Under the pieces are notes generated by a model that worked only from the letters and a program-made list of their open reading frames with translations, did not search any database and was not told the origin of the DNA. Below are positions 1 to 9,269 of a stretch of DNA of 64,000 nucleotides, piece by piece. How positions within the stretch are numbered: the stretch's first letter is position 1; the number at the start of each line of letters is the position of its first letter. The DNA comes from Polyangiaceae bacterium (GTDB taxonomy: Bacteria > Myxococcota_A > Polyangia > Polyangiales > Polyangiaceae). Location: NCBI GenBank assembly GCA_965222375.1, contig CBDCTZ010000016.1:3072001-3136000 (forward strand), given 5' to 3'. Made by a program: the position numbers and the translations under genes.

Positions 1-2
1 AC

Positions 3-55
3 TGTGAGCATGCATGAGAAAGTGATCCACTTGCATGCACGAAAAGTGATCCACT
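3..55. repeat. IS terminal sequence (TG start) with two direct sub-terminal repeats, IS21-like layout
   Basis: TGT at 3-5; GCATGCATGAGAAAGTGATCCACT (8-31) and GCATGCACGAAAAGTGATCCACT (33-55). Confidence 0.65.
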
Positions 56-528
56 AACGCGGCGTCAGAAGCAGGTCTCGGTATGAACAGCTGGGCAGAT
101 AGTCGCTTCGAGAGCCGAGAAGGCCGAGCTTGTCCGAGAGGAGGAGCGGCGAGGACGGGCGGAGTACGCGCGGTCAGATCGAGCTTGGGCCGACAGGCAT
201 GGCCTCGGAGTTTCTCCAGGGGCGTTGCGCCCTGCAGGGATTGATGCGGTCGAAATTCATTGTACCAAGTGATGTAGGCATCCAGCTCAGCATGCATGGC
301 TTGGACGGAAAACGGCACAGGGATGATCCGAAAGGATTCGTTTTTCATCGACAGCCAGAAGCGCTCAATGAAAGCGATGCTGCCACTCTTGCCGACGGCG
401 CCGAAGCGGGGCCTGACTCCAACGCACTTGCACCACGCACGGTACTTGTTTTGAAACTGCGCGCCCTGGTCACTGATGATGTGCTTGGGCGGCGTAGCGG
501 CGAATCCGGGGACCCAGCTCACCGAGGG
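3..528 (-). mobile_element. Degraded insertion sequence: integrase-core (rve, DDE) transposase C-terminal fragment running into an IS end
   Basis: The minus-strand frame (absent from the ORF track because it has no stop inside the window) reads PKHIISDQGAQF...GSIAFIERFWLSMKNE...WYNEFRPHQSLQGATP. It has an in-frame TGA at 529-531 and lacks the first catalytic Asp region. Confidence 0.8.
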
Positions 529-724
529 TCAGCGCTGCGCTGCACGCGGAAACCCGATGGAAGCTGCAGACTGCAGATAGACCTGTGAGCGCGGAACCGC
601 GCGGCGCTGCTGCGGGGCCTAGGGCGGGAGTAGAGGCCCAATGCCGCGCCATTGATGCGACCCAAACAAAACAACGATCCGCTTCTGGTTTCGGCTGCCC
701 GAACCGCAGGCGCTAAGCGTCGCT

Positions 725-1549
725 CTATTCCACTGTGTCGATGTGCACGGCGGCGAACCAGCCGCGGGCGGTGAAGCTTTGGAACCAGCCGGAGAGTTCG
801 GACTCGAGAGTGGCTTCCGAACCAGGGTGCGCCTTCGCTACAGCTTCGGCGGCCGGGACCAGCGGCGTGCCACGGCCGAGCTCTTCGAGCAGGGCGAGGG
901 CCAATTCGGAAATGACGTCGTGATGCAGGTTGCGATCCTTGCCGCGGTAGACCACCAGGTGCTGAGGCTCGGGGGCTTCGGGCAGCTCCCACTCTTCTTG
1001 CAGTCGGACCTTGCGGCGTAGCTGGGCAACCGGGTAGCGAACTGTCTGCAACCGCAGAGCCGGACAGAGCTCGATACGGGCCGTTTGCCAGGCGGACTCT
1101 GGGATCGCGCTGAGTTGCTTCGAATCCAGAGGGGCGCTGTCTTCTGCGTCGAAGACTTCGACGTAAGCCCACTCCAAATGGGCCATGTCGACGCAGAGAT
1201 CGTGATTGGGCAGCCAATCGCATTGGGTCGCGAACTCGGGGAGCTTGCCCCCGAGGTCGCGCAGCGTGAAGGACTGCGGGGGAAAGGTCGCCAAGTACTC
1301 CTCGATGAGCCGTTCCCAGTGTTTCTGGCCGATGATGGCTCCTAGGGCTTCGAAGTCTTCGACCAGGCAGCTGGTATGGCGCAGCCAGAACTGCTCACGG
1401 TAGACTTCGAGTTGATCCTCGGGCCGCAGGCGCTCATTGCCGCCGATGTTCTGGCGTGCTTGGGCCGTGAGCTTGTCGTCGCGCTCGATGGCGCGGCGGC
1501 GTTGGAGGGCACCTGCCATCCAGATCTGGAGTTCGTTCAAGTCGCTCAT
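725..1549 (-). CDS. DUF2063 putative DNA-binding/RRE-like partner of MNIO (BufC/HvfC-like)
   Basis: Start MSDLNELQIWM overlaps the DUF692 stop (ATGA). QLEVYREQFWLRH...DFEAL, DMAHLEWAYVEVFDA and LVVYR motifs are typical of DUF2063. Confidence 0.85.
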   Translation of the reverse strand: MSDLNELQIWMAGALQRRRAIERDDKLTAQARQNIGGNERLRPEDQLEVYREQFWLRHTSCLVEDFEALGAIIGQKHWERLIEEYLATFPPQSFTLRDLGGKLPEFATQCDWLPNHDLCVDMAHLEWAYVEVFDAEDSAPLDSKQLSAIPESAWQTARIELCPALRLQTVRYPVAQLRRKVRLQEEWELPEAPEPQHLVVYRGKDRNLHHDVISELALALLEELGRGTPLVPAAEAVAKAHPGSEATLESELSGWFQSFTARGWFAAVHIDTVE

Positions 1550-2559
1550 GCGCCCACCTCGCGCTCTCGGGGCCCGCCCTGCTTCCAACCATGGGAAGCG
1601 CTTTTGGGTGGGGCTTTGCGATTGAAGCGGTAGGGCTGCGACGGGCGCTTGACGGCATTTTCGGCCACGCCCCGACCCTTGCGATCGGCACGGGCGGCCA
1701 GCGCCTTGCTGCGCACGCCGCGCGCGCGCTCTGCCTCTGCCAGTAGCTCGGGCAGCGGCGGGATCTCGTCGTCCCATTCGATCAGGGTGGAGACGGGGCC
1801 TGCGAGTTCGATGGTCTGTCGGTACAAGTCCAGCACCGGGTCGATGACCTGCCCGGTGTGGGTATCGATGATGTAGTCGCCGAGGTTCGTGTGCCCCGCG
1901 AGGTGGATTTGCGTGATGCGCTCGTGGGGGATGTTGTGGATGAACTCGTAGGGGTCGAAGTCGTGGTTGTAGGCCGAGACATAGACGTTGTTCACATCGA
2001 ACATCAGGCCTACGTTGGCTTGTTCGGCAATTTCGGAGATGAATTGCCACTCCGTCATCGTGCTGTCGTTGTAGGTCAGGTAGCTGGATGTGTTCTCCAG
2101 CGCGAAGGGCAATTCCAGGAAGTCCTGGATCCTCTTGGCGCGTTCGACCACGCGCCTGACTGCTTCCTTGGTGTAAGGAAGCGGCAAGAGATCATGCAGG
2201 TTGGTGCCGTCGGCGGCGCACCAGCAGAAATGATCCGTGACCCACGGGGTCTTGGTTCGTCGGGTCAGTGCTTTGAGTCGTTCGAGATAATCAGCGTCGG
2301 GTTCGGCAGGGCTACCGATGCCCAGGGACACGCCGTGCTGCACCACGGGGTACGTCTCGAGTACGCGATCCAAGTGGTAGAGAGGCTTGCCACCTGCGAC
2401 CATGAAGTTTTCGCTGATGACCTCGAAGAAGTCGACGGCCGGCCTTTCTTCGATCACTTTTCTGTAGTGCGGAACGCGAAGGCCCACGCCAACACCCAGG
2501 TCATTGCCGGTGAAACTCAAAGGTCGCTCCCGTTGATATTCGTCAAGTGTCAGGTCCAA
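1546..2559 (-). CDS. DUF692 multinuclear non-heme iron oxidative enzyme (MNIO; BufB/HvfB-like)
   Basis: GVGLRVPHY, FFEVISENFM, HGVSLGIG, WVTDHFCW, LENTSSY, DVNNVYVS, IHLAGH, IDTH and LIEWD motifs. Confidence 0.93.
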   Translation of the reverse strand: MDLTLDEYQRERPLSFTGNDLGVGVGLRVPHYRKVIEERPAVDFFEVISENFMVAGGKPLYHLDRVLETYPVVQHGVSLGIGSPAEPDADYLERLKALTRRTKTPWVTDHFCWCAADGTNLHDLLPLPYTKEAVRRVVERAKRIQDFLELPFALENTSSYLTYNDSTMTEWQFISEIAEQANVGLMFDVNNVYVSAYNHDFDPYEFIHNIPHERITQIHLAGHTNLGDYIIDTHTGQVIDPVLDLYRQTIELAGPVSTLIEWDDEIPPLPELLAEAERARGVRSKALAARADRKGRGVAENAVKRPSQPYRFNRKAPPKSASHGWKQGGPREREVGA

Positions 2560-2567
2560 ACATGCGA

Positions 2568-2597
2568 GCGGCCCGCATCGGAAACGATACGGGCCGC
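2568..2597 (-). terminator. Intergenic stem-loop between precursor and MNIO genes
   Basis: On the transcribed strand, GCGGCCCGUAUCG-UUUC-CGAUGCGGGCCGC forms a 13-bp stem with one G-U pair. No U-tract follows. Confidence 0.6.
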
Positions 2598-2624
2598 CAA
2601 CAGCAGAGTGAAGTCAGTCAACGC

Positions 2625-2891
2625 TTACTTGGGGCAGTGGGCGTTGCAACCGCCGTGACCCTTGCAATCGTTCTTACCCGCACAGTCGTTCTTGCCCTCG
2701 ACTGCACAGCCACCTTTGCCCTTGCACTCGTTCATGCCCTTGCAGCACTCCTTGGCGCCTGCGGCGGCGCCCGCCGGATCAGACGCACCAGCGGGAGCGT
2801 CCGCGGGGGTACCGCTGCCACCACAAGCTGTTAGAGCGCCGAGCATCACGCCGGTCGAAGCGGCTGCTGCAATAGTCTTGGAAAAGTTCAT
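2625..2891 (-). CDS. Cys-rich RiPP precursor (BufA2-type bufferin-like) with a lipoprotein signal peptide
   Basis: Lipobox LTAC, Ala/Gly/Pro linker, two CxGxNxCKGxGGC repeats and 8 core Cys. RBS AGGAG; directly upstream of DUF692. Confidence 0.85.
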   Translation of the reverse strand: MNFSKTIAAAASTGVMLGALTACGGSGTPADAPAGASDPAGAAAGAKECCKGMNECKGKGGCAVEGKNDCAGKNDCKGHGGCNAHCPK

Positions 2892-2965
2892 CCACGATTC
2901 TCCTGTTGTACGGGTTGGTCAAAACTGCTGAGCGGCCCGAAGTGCCGAGTCGCCCTGGCTTCCTC

Positions 2966-2993
2966 TTACGGTGCTGCCGGGATAACGGTTTCC
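2966..2993 (-). promoter_or_regulatory. ECF-sigma-type promoter for the precursor operon
   Basis: Minus strand reads GGAAACC-N16-CGTAA, ~75 nt upstream of the precursor ATG. Confidence 0.55.
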
Positions 2994-3105
2994 GAACAGC
3001 GGGGCGAAGTCTATCTGCTAGAGTCTCGCTCCGACTAGTCCGCTGAGTTATTTGGCATTCTTGTCGGAATACGAGCGGAAAGTGGGGTCGGATCGGAGTT
3101 TGACC

Positions 3106-4473
3106 ATGTGGCCGAATCGCAGCCCAAAAAGAGCCTTCGTGGAGCGACGCAAGCGCCTGGAGCAAGGATTCAGTGGCGCCTTGGTCTTGGGGTCCGGGCT
3201 ATCCCGGCCCAAGAACTTTCCCCATAATCGCTTTCCGTTTCGGGCCGAGAGCCATTTCTTGTATTTCGTGGGCCGGCACCTGGAGGGTGCGGCTCTAGTG
3301 GTCGCGGACGCAGCGTCCACGCTGTACTGTCCGGAGCCGGATCCCGAGGAGGCGCTGTGGACTGGGGACAAACCGAGCCTCGCAGACCTCGAAGCGGTAC
3401 TGGGACTGCCCGTCCGCCCCATTGGAGAGCTGCCGAAGGCCGACTACGCGACCCTTCCCACGCAGGACTTGGACTCCACGGCGTGGCTCTCGGAGCTCAT
3501 CGATCGTGATCTCGAGGCAGGTAGCGGAGCTGAGCTAGCCGGCGCCGACCTCGCGCTGGGAGAGCTGATCATCGAAATTCGCCTGCGCCACGACGCCGCC
3601 GCCATCGCGCAGCTAGAGGTCGCCGCCGAAGCCACCGTCGAAGCGCACCGGGCCGGCATGAAGCACACCCGTCCGGGGATCCGAGAAGCCCAGGTGCGGG
3701 CGGCGATGGAGGCCTGTTTCACGGCCCGTGGCATGACCGCGTCCTACAACTCCATCGTGACGATTCAGGGGCAGGTGCTGCACAACGAACGCCATGATGG
3801 GCTGCTCGGCAACGGGGACCTGCTGCTCGCGGACGTTGGCGCCGAAACCGTCGAAGGCTGGGCGGGGGACGTCACGCGCACTTGGCCCGTGTCCGGGAAG
3901 ATGTCAGCGACTCAGCGTGCCATCTACGAAGTCGTATTGAAGGCGCAACTGGCGGCCATCGAGGCGGTTGCGCCCGGTGTGCGCTTCTTGGACGTGCACC
4001 GTACGGCCGGGCGCACTCTCGTCAGCGGGTTGGTGGAGCTGGGCGTACTTCGCGGCGATCCCGCAGATCTGCACGAACGGGGCGCAGGAGCGCTGTTCTT
4101 TCCCCATGGCGTTGGGCATCTGCTCGGACTGGACGTGCACGACATGGAGGATCTCGGGGACCGTGCTGGCTACGCTCCGGGGCGCAGTCGCGCGCCGTCG
4201 CCAGCGGATCGCTATCTGCGCTTGGATCGAGACCTAGAGCCCGCAATGGTGGTGACCATCGAGCCAGGCTTCTATCAAATCCCGCGCATTCTCGAGCGTC
4301 CGCGAGAAGTGGGAAATCTCGAAGGGGCGCTGGTGCGGGCGGAGCTGGAAAAGTTCGCCGACGTGAAGGGGATCCGCATCGAGGATGACGTGCTGGTGAC
4401 GGACACCGGGCGTCGGGTGCTGACCGAACAGGCTCCGAAAACGGTCGATGACGTCGAAGCGGCGATGAGCTGA
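3106..4473 (+). CDS. pepP: Xaa-Pro aminopeptidase (M24B)
   Basis: FRAESHFLYF N-domain; DVGAE, GDVTRTWP, HGVGHLLGLDVHD, TIEPGFY and GIRIEDDVLVT motifs. Start is uncertain (3052-3106). Confidence 0.9.
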   Translation: MWPNRSPKRAFVERRKRLEQGFSGALVLGSGLSRPKNFPHNRFPFRAESHFLYFVGRHLEGAALVVADAASTLYCPEPDPEEALWTGDKPSLADLEAVLGLPVRPIGELPKADYATLPTQDLDSTAWLSELIDRDLEAGSGAELAGADLALGELIIEIRLRHDAAAIAQLEVAAEATVEAHRAGMKHTRPGIREAQVRAAMEACFTARGMTASYNSIVTIQGQVLHNERHDGLLGNGDLLLADVGAETVEGWAGDVTRTWPVSGKMSATQRAIYEVVLKAQLAAIEAVAPGVRFLDVHRTAGRTLVSGLVELGVLRGDPADLHERGAGALFFPHGVGHLLGLDVHDMEDLGDRAGYAPGRSRAPSPADRYLRLDRDLEPAMVVTIEPGFYQIPRILERPREVGNLEGALVRAELEKFADVKGIRIEDDVLVTDTGRRVLTEQAPKTVDDVEAAMS

Positions 4474-4476
4474 GGG

Positions 4477-5691
4477 TCAGGCGTTCGCGACGGAAAGCCG
4501 CTCTTCTGCCGCCCGCACCTCATCGGCCCAGCTGGCTGGGGGCGGGGCGACAACCTCCACGACTTCGTGGGGTTTTGCGCCGCTCACGACGGCATCCCGG
4601 GCCTTGTCGGATCCCGTGAGCAAGTCGAAGGCAAGCTTGTCGGTCTCGAATTCGTAGGCGCGGGTGAGAAACTCGAAATCTTTGGGGGCTTGCTGCTGGG
4701 CCAGGCTGATCAGTGCCACGTAGGCCGCGACCGGGCGGAACAGGGATGGCTCGGTCACTTGAATGAAGGCGCCGTGGCAGACCTTGCCGGCGTGCTTCTC
4801 GAAGGTGGGGCGGAAATGCGCCGGGCGGATGTTAGCTCCCGCGATACCGAACTCGGCCCCCTCTCGGGCGAGCTGGTCGGCGTCCAAAAAGGGCGCGCCC
4901 ACGAGCTGGAAGGGCAGGGTCGTGCCTCGCCCCTCGGACAGGTTCGTGCCTTCGAGCAGACAGCCACCTGGGTAGACCAGGGCGGTCTCTACGGTCGGCA
5001 TGTTGGGGGATGGCGGCGCGAAGGGGCGGCGCCAGGCTTGGGCGGTGCGGTAGCGTTCCCACCCGGCGCAGGGCAGCACGGAAAGTGCGCCGTCGGGACC
5101 GAGAGCTAGCTCGTCCTTTGCCGCGAAGTGCGCCAACAGCTCACCGATGCTGAGGCAATGCCGAATGGGGAGCGGCTCCATACCGACGAAGGAGAGGTAC
5201 TCGGCATCCTGGGGGACTCCCTCGGCTTGAGAGGGATCGCCGGAGATCGGGTTCGGTCGGTCCAGTACCACGCAGTGCACGTTCGCTTTGGCAGCCGCCC
5301 GCACGGCGAGCAGCGCCGACCACGCATACGTGTAGTACCGGCTTCCGACGTCTGCGAGGTCGATCAGGAGCATGTCGATCTGCTCTAGATCCGATTGCTC
5401 GGGGGTCAGTGATTCCTTCGTCTTGCCGTACAGGCTCACGATCCGCGGGCCGTCATCGAGAGGGCCCGGTGAGTCCACTGCTTCCTCGGCTTGGGCCACT
5501 CCGTCCAGACCATGCTCTGGCGCGAACACCACGCTCGGGGCCGCCCCGAGATCTTCCAAGATCTCCAGTAGGCTGCGGCCCCGCCGATCCACGGCCGCCG
5601 AGTGGGTGAGGACGCCCACTCGAGCGTCTCGGAGCCTGCGCCGCAGGCGGCTCCGGGAGCTGCCAGTGAGTTGATCAATTCCAAAGTGCAT
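4477..5691 (-). CDS. DUF1343 exo-beta-N-acetylmuramidase NamZ family
   Basis: FAPEHGL, SLYG, DVGSRYYTY, LDRPNP, PPSPNMPT and EGTNLSEGRGTTLPF motifs. The true start is MHFGIDQL; the longer ORF extension is antisense to the neighbouring gene. Confidence 0.88.
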   Translation of the reverse strand: MHFGIDQLTGSSRSRLRRRLRDARVGVLTHSAAVDRRGRSLLEILEDLGAAPSVVFAPEHGLDGVAQAEEAVDSPGPLDDGPRIVSLYGKTKESLTPEQSDLEQIDMLLIDLADVGSRYYTYAWSALLAVRAAAKANVHCVVLDRPNPISGDPSQAEGVPQDAEYLSFVGMEPLPIRHCLSIGELLAHFAAKDELALGPDGALSVLPCAGWERYRTAQAWRRPFAPPSPNMPTVETALVYPGGCLLEGTNLSEGRGTTLPFQLVGAPFLDADQLAREGAEFGIAGANIRPAHFRPTFEKHAGKVCHGAFIQVTEPSLFRPVAAYVALISLAQQQAPKDFEFLTRAYEFETDKLAFDLLTGSDKARDAVVSGAKPHEVVEVVAPPPASWADEVRAAEERLSVANA

Positions 5692-5787
5692 GCGGTTTTC
5701 CCTATCAGATTCGCCCAGATACGGGAATTCACCCCGACTACGCAACAAGGTGCAACTGGGCGACCGTTGGTGTAACCTTTTTGCACA

Positions 5788-7152
5788 GTGCGGCGCGTGC
5801 TCGTAGTTGATGACGAGGAGAACCTCCGGCTCGTGCTCCGCACGCTGCTGAAGCGCAACGCCTACGAGGTCGAAACCGCGGCCAGTGGCGAAGAAGCTCT
5901 GGAAATGGTCGAGACTTTTGGCCCCGACTTCGTGATTACGGACGTCCGCATGCCAAAAATGGGCGGACTGGATCTGCTCGCGACCCTCAAAGCCAAGGGC
6001 AATCCCGCGACGGTCATCGTGATGAGCGCCTACGGCAACACGGATCTCGCGATCGAGGCGCTCAAAGCTGGCGCCTACGATTACGTGCAGAAGCCCTTCA
6101 AGCCCGATGAAGTGGTGCTGGCCCTGCGCAAGGCGGAAGAGCGAGAGGTGCTGCGGCGCGAAAACCGCGCTCTGCGGGAAGAGATCCGCAAGGAAAACCA
6201 GTTCGAAGACATCTTGGCGAAGAGCGCCAGCATGCAGGCGATCTTTCGAACCATCACCAAGATCGCCGACTACAAGACGACGGTTCTGGTCAGCGGCGCG
6301 AGCGGGGTGGGCAAGGAGCTCGTGGCTCGAGCGATCCACCATCGCTCATCTCGCGACAGCGGCCCTTTCGTGCCCGTCAACTGTGGCGCAATCCCCGAGA
6401 ACCTTCTGGAAAGTGAGCTATTTGGCCACAAAAAGGGTGCCTTCACGGATGCGGTGGCGGATCGTCGCGGGCTGTTCGAGGAAGCGGACAAGGGGACGCT
6501 GTTTCTGGACGAGATCGGCGAGCTGCCTCTGGGCTTGCAGGTCAAGTTGCTGCGGGTGCTCGAGGACGAGCGGATCCGGCGCTTGGGCGAGGCGCGGGAC
6601 ATCCAAGTGGACGTGCGGATCATCGCCGCCACACACCGAGACTTGTTGACCGAGACCAAGGCGGGGCGGTTTCGCGAGGACCTGTTCTACCGACTCAATG
6701 TCTTGCCCATCAACGTGCCACCCCTTCGAGATCGTCGAGACGATATCCCGCTGTTGGTGGACCACTTCATCACGCGAAACAACGCTCGCTTGGGCACGGA
6801 GATCCGCGGCCTCGACGGCGAGTGTCGACGCCTACTCTACGAATACGCCTGGCCAGGCAACGTGCGAGAACTCGAAAACACGATCGAGCGAGCGATGGTG
6901 CTCGCCGAGGGGCAGCTGCTGACCGCGACAGATTTGCCGGAACGCATTCGGGAGGCCCGGGACCCGGTGCAACTGCAGCTGTCCAGCGGGGAGCTCTCGG
7001 TCAAGAAGACCATGCGGGTCATCGAGGAAATCCTGATCCGCCGCGCCCTGCAGAAAACCAAGGGCAACCGTACCCGCGCCGCCGAGGTGCTCGAAATCAG
7101 TCACCGGGCGTTGCTGTATAAAATCAAGGATTACCAAATCACGGACCTCTGA
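5788..7152 (+). CDS. Sigma54-dependent response regulator (NtrC family: REC-AAA+-HTH)
   Basis: VLVVDDE/TDVRMP receiver; GASGVGKE, GAFTDA, LFLDEIGE, WPGNVRELEN; C-terminal Fis-type HTH. Confidence 0.95.
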   Translation: MRRVLVVDDEENLRLVLRTLLKRNAYEVETAASGEEALEMVETFGPDFVITDVRMPKMGGLDLLATLKAKGNPATVIVMSAYGNTDLAIEALKAGAYDYVQKPFKPDEVVLALRKAEEREVLRRENRALREEIRKENQFEDILAKSASMQAIFRTITKIADYKTTVLVSGASGVGKELVARAIHHRSSRDSGPFVPVNCGAIPENLLESELFGHKKGAFTDAVADRRGLFEEADKGTLFLDEIGELPLGLQVKLLRVLEDERIRRLGEARDIQVDVRIIAATHRDLLTETKAGRFREDLFYRLNVLPINVPPLRDRRDDIPLLVDHFITRNNARLGTEIRGLDGECRRLLYEYAWPGNVRELENTIERAMVLAEGQLLTATDLPERIREARDPVQLQLSSGELSVKKTMRVIEEILIRRALQKTKGNRTRAAEVLEISHRALLYKIKDYQITDL

Positions 7153-7239
7153 GCCGGGTCGAAGCAAGGGGAACTGGCTGCGCGCCGGGCCTCAGAAGGA
7201 TTGTCGCCATCGGCGAAATGCTGAACTAGGATAGGGATC

Positions 7240-7740
7240 ATGAAGAAGCTGGGTTTCTCATTGTTGGTGTTCGGGCTGGGTTGTGGGCCGTCCTACGGCG
7301 GTCAGGGCGTCAAGACACCGGAAGAACTGGTGGCCGAGCAGGAGGCGTTGGGCGCTGAGCAGGAAGCGGAAAGCGCAAAGCACAGCGATACCTACGACCC
7401 GGGTGACACCGAAACCGATCTGGAGAAGAAGGCGAAGTTCGACAAGAAACAGACGATCTTGGAGCTCAAGCGAGCTGCGCGTTCCGGCGAAACCTGCGCT
7501 GGGGCGGTGAGTGAGCCGGGGCCGACAGGCAAGGCCATGGTGACCATGACGTTCGCGAATGACGGACACGTCAAAGACATCTCCATTGGAGCGCCTTTCC
7601 CGGAAACGTCCACGGGCAAGTGCGTGCTCAACGCTATGAAGGCCGTGATCGTCCCCGCATACGTCGGGCCCGAAGAGACGATGGAGTGGGAAGTCGACGT
7701 CAAGGAAAGCGAGAAGAAGGACGACAAGAAGAAGAAGTGA
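7240..7740 (+). CDS. Lipoprotein with a TonB-C/AgmX-like C-terminal domain
   Basis: Lipobox GLGC; GKAMVTMTFANDGHV...TGKCV pattern. Confidence 0.6.
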   Translation: MKKLGFSLLVFGLGCGPSYGGQGVKTPEELVAEQEALGAEQEAESAKHSDTYDPGDTETDLEKKAKFDKKQTILELKRAARSGETCAGAVSEPGPTGKAMVTMTFANDGHVKDISIGAPFPETSTGKCVLNAMKAVIVPAYVGPEETMEWEVDVKESEKKDDKKKK

Positions 7741-7756
7741 TTTGGTCCAGCTCGGC

Positions 7757-9139
7757 CTAGCGCCGGCTTGGACGCACTCGCGACTTCTTGGGCTTGGGCG
7801 CGGCCTGTTGGATGATTTCCACGAAGCTCCGGCCGAGTTGCACGCCAAACTGATCCTGCACCTCGACCCGTAGCACCCATGGGCCGCGACCGCTGCGTGG
7901 CTTCACGCTCACGACGTAGCTGTCACCGTGTTGTTCCGGGATGGCCTCGATCTCCTCGATTCCGAGGGAAACGCGGATCTTGGGGCTGATTCCATCCAGT
8001 GCTTGGGGCCGCTTGGCGCGGAGTCTCACTCGCGCGCGGACGGCGTGGCGCGGCCACTTCGGGTTCTTCGGCGCGAACTCGATTTCGGCGCGAATCCCCC
8101 GCGGCTCGATTTCGGCGCGTGCCACCGAGAGCGTCCCCGGGACTTTGAAGAACACGGACGTGCCCTGGGGCTGCCGCAGCGTGACTGCACCTGTAGAGCG
8201 TCGGAAACGCCCATCCCGCCCTGTGGCGACGTCCAAGCCATCCAGCGGAGAAAAGCGTACGGTTTGCCCCTGCCCGATCAGCACGACGCCTTGCTCATCG
8301 ACGCGCCCGCCAGCGGGAAGCTCGGCGCCGACCACGGTTATGCGTGTCGGGGCGGCGGAGTGGCCGGGCAGGCCGCTGGGCTCGACGGCGCGAACGCGCA
8401 CGGTGTAGTGGCCTGGGGGCAGTGGACCGATGGGCGCCGCCAAGGGTGTGCCGCGCACGGTGGTCACGATCGGGTGCTTCAAGTTGCTGCCGCGGACATC
8501 GACCAAGTAGGCCGCGGCCTTGGCCACTGGTGTCCACCGGAGGCCGGTCAGCCGTGCGCCATTGGATGGGGCGAAGACGACATGGCTGTCAAGGGATACT
8601 CGAGGGGCCGGGAGGAGCGCACGGGTCGTCGTGGTGCGGTCCGGGGCCAACTCGAGAGCCTGAGATCGTGCCAGCTTGCTGTACGCGCCACGCGTGGCCG
8701 TGATCACGTCGCCACCCAGAGATGCAACTGCGGAGCTCTGCTTGGTCGAAGCGAAGGCCATGCTGCCTCGTTTCACGATGGCGTTGAGTCTGCCGCGCCC
8801 TGAGACCAGCACGGCGCTTCTACCTTCTCCGACGTCGGCTTGCACCAGGCCACGGATCAGCACGACGGTGTAGGTTGGTGTTCGCTTCGGAGGCTCCAGC
8901 ATCAGCCCTTGGGGCTTGTTGAAAATGCGCAGCTGGGCGCCGGCTCCGGCCTCGATGCGCCCGCCCTTGGGCAGCGACCATGTCGCGCCATCGGTTCCAG
9001 CTTGAAACAGCCCGCTGGCGTTCTTGCCGCCTCCTCGGATCAGTTTGGGCTTGGTGCGCTTGGGTGAGGCATCGCCGGGGCGCGCCATCACTCCGACGAG
9101 GGCAACAATGAGCAGGGCAATCCAGTGGCGTGAGCACAT
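7757..9139 (-). CDS. Secreted hypothetical protein (FecR-like and FN3-like segments)
   Basis: N-terminal signal-like helix; LRWTPV..AAAYLVDV and LPPGHYTVRVRAV FN3-like motifs. Confidence 0.55.
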   Translation of the reverse strand: MCSRHWIALLIVALVGVMARPGDASPKRTKPKLIRGGGKNASGLFQAGTDGATWSLPKGGRIEAGAGAQLRIFNKPQGLMLEPPKRTPTYTVVLIRGLVQADVGEGRSAVLVSGRGRLNAIVKRGSMAFASTKQSSAVASLGGDVITATRGAYSKLARSQALELAPDRTTTTRALLPAPRVSLDSHVVFAPSNGARLTGLRWTPVAKAAAYLVDVRGSNLKHPIVTTVRGTPLAAPIGPLPPGHYTVRVRAVEPSGLPGHSAAPTRITVVGAELPAGGRVDEQGVVLIGQGQTVRFSPLDGLDVATGRDGRFRRSTGAVTLRQPQGTSVFFKVPGTLSVARAEIEPRGIRAEIEFAPKNPKWPRHAVRARVRLRAKRPQALDGISPKIRVSLGIEEIEAIPEQHGDSYVVSVKPRSGRGPWVLRVEVQDQFGVQLGRSFVEIIQQAAPKPKKSRVRPSRR

Positions 9140-9269
9140 GCATAGGTCTGAACGGCCGTATCCCTGGGACCTTGAGCCCCTGGGCCGAAGCGGCAAAAAT
9201 GCGGCAAATCTTCGCTCGCGGATAAGCGTCTAACAACCAGGCCCCCAGCGGCGTTATGAGTATGTAGCC

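Noticed and set aside
130..588. 152-aa plus-strand ORF
   Set aside because: It is the antisense shadow of the transposase fragment on the minus strand.
2..590. CTGTGAGC at 2-9 and 583-590 as a target-site duplication
   Set aside because: The first copy overlaps the putative IS terminus itself, and no matching inverted end lies near 583. Likely chance.
1550..2050. N-terminal extension of ORF 725..2050
   Set aside because: It overlaps DUF692 in another frame; the ATGA-coupled start at 1549 is more plausible.
3106..4473. PepP as the maturation protease of the RiPP
   Set aside because: It is a divergent, cytoplasmic housekeeping-type enzyme, and the precursor leader is a signal peptide. Proximity alone is insufficient.
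5692..6342. Extension of the NamZ ORF suggesting a fusion
   Set aside because: It is antisense to the NtrC receiver domain, and the family match starts at MHFGIDQL.
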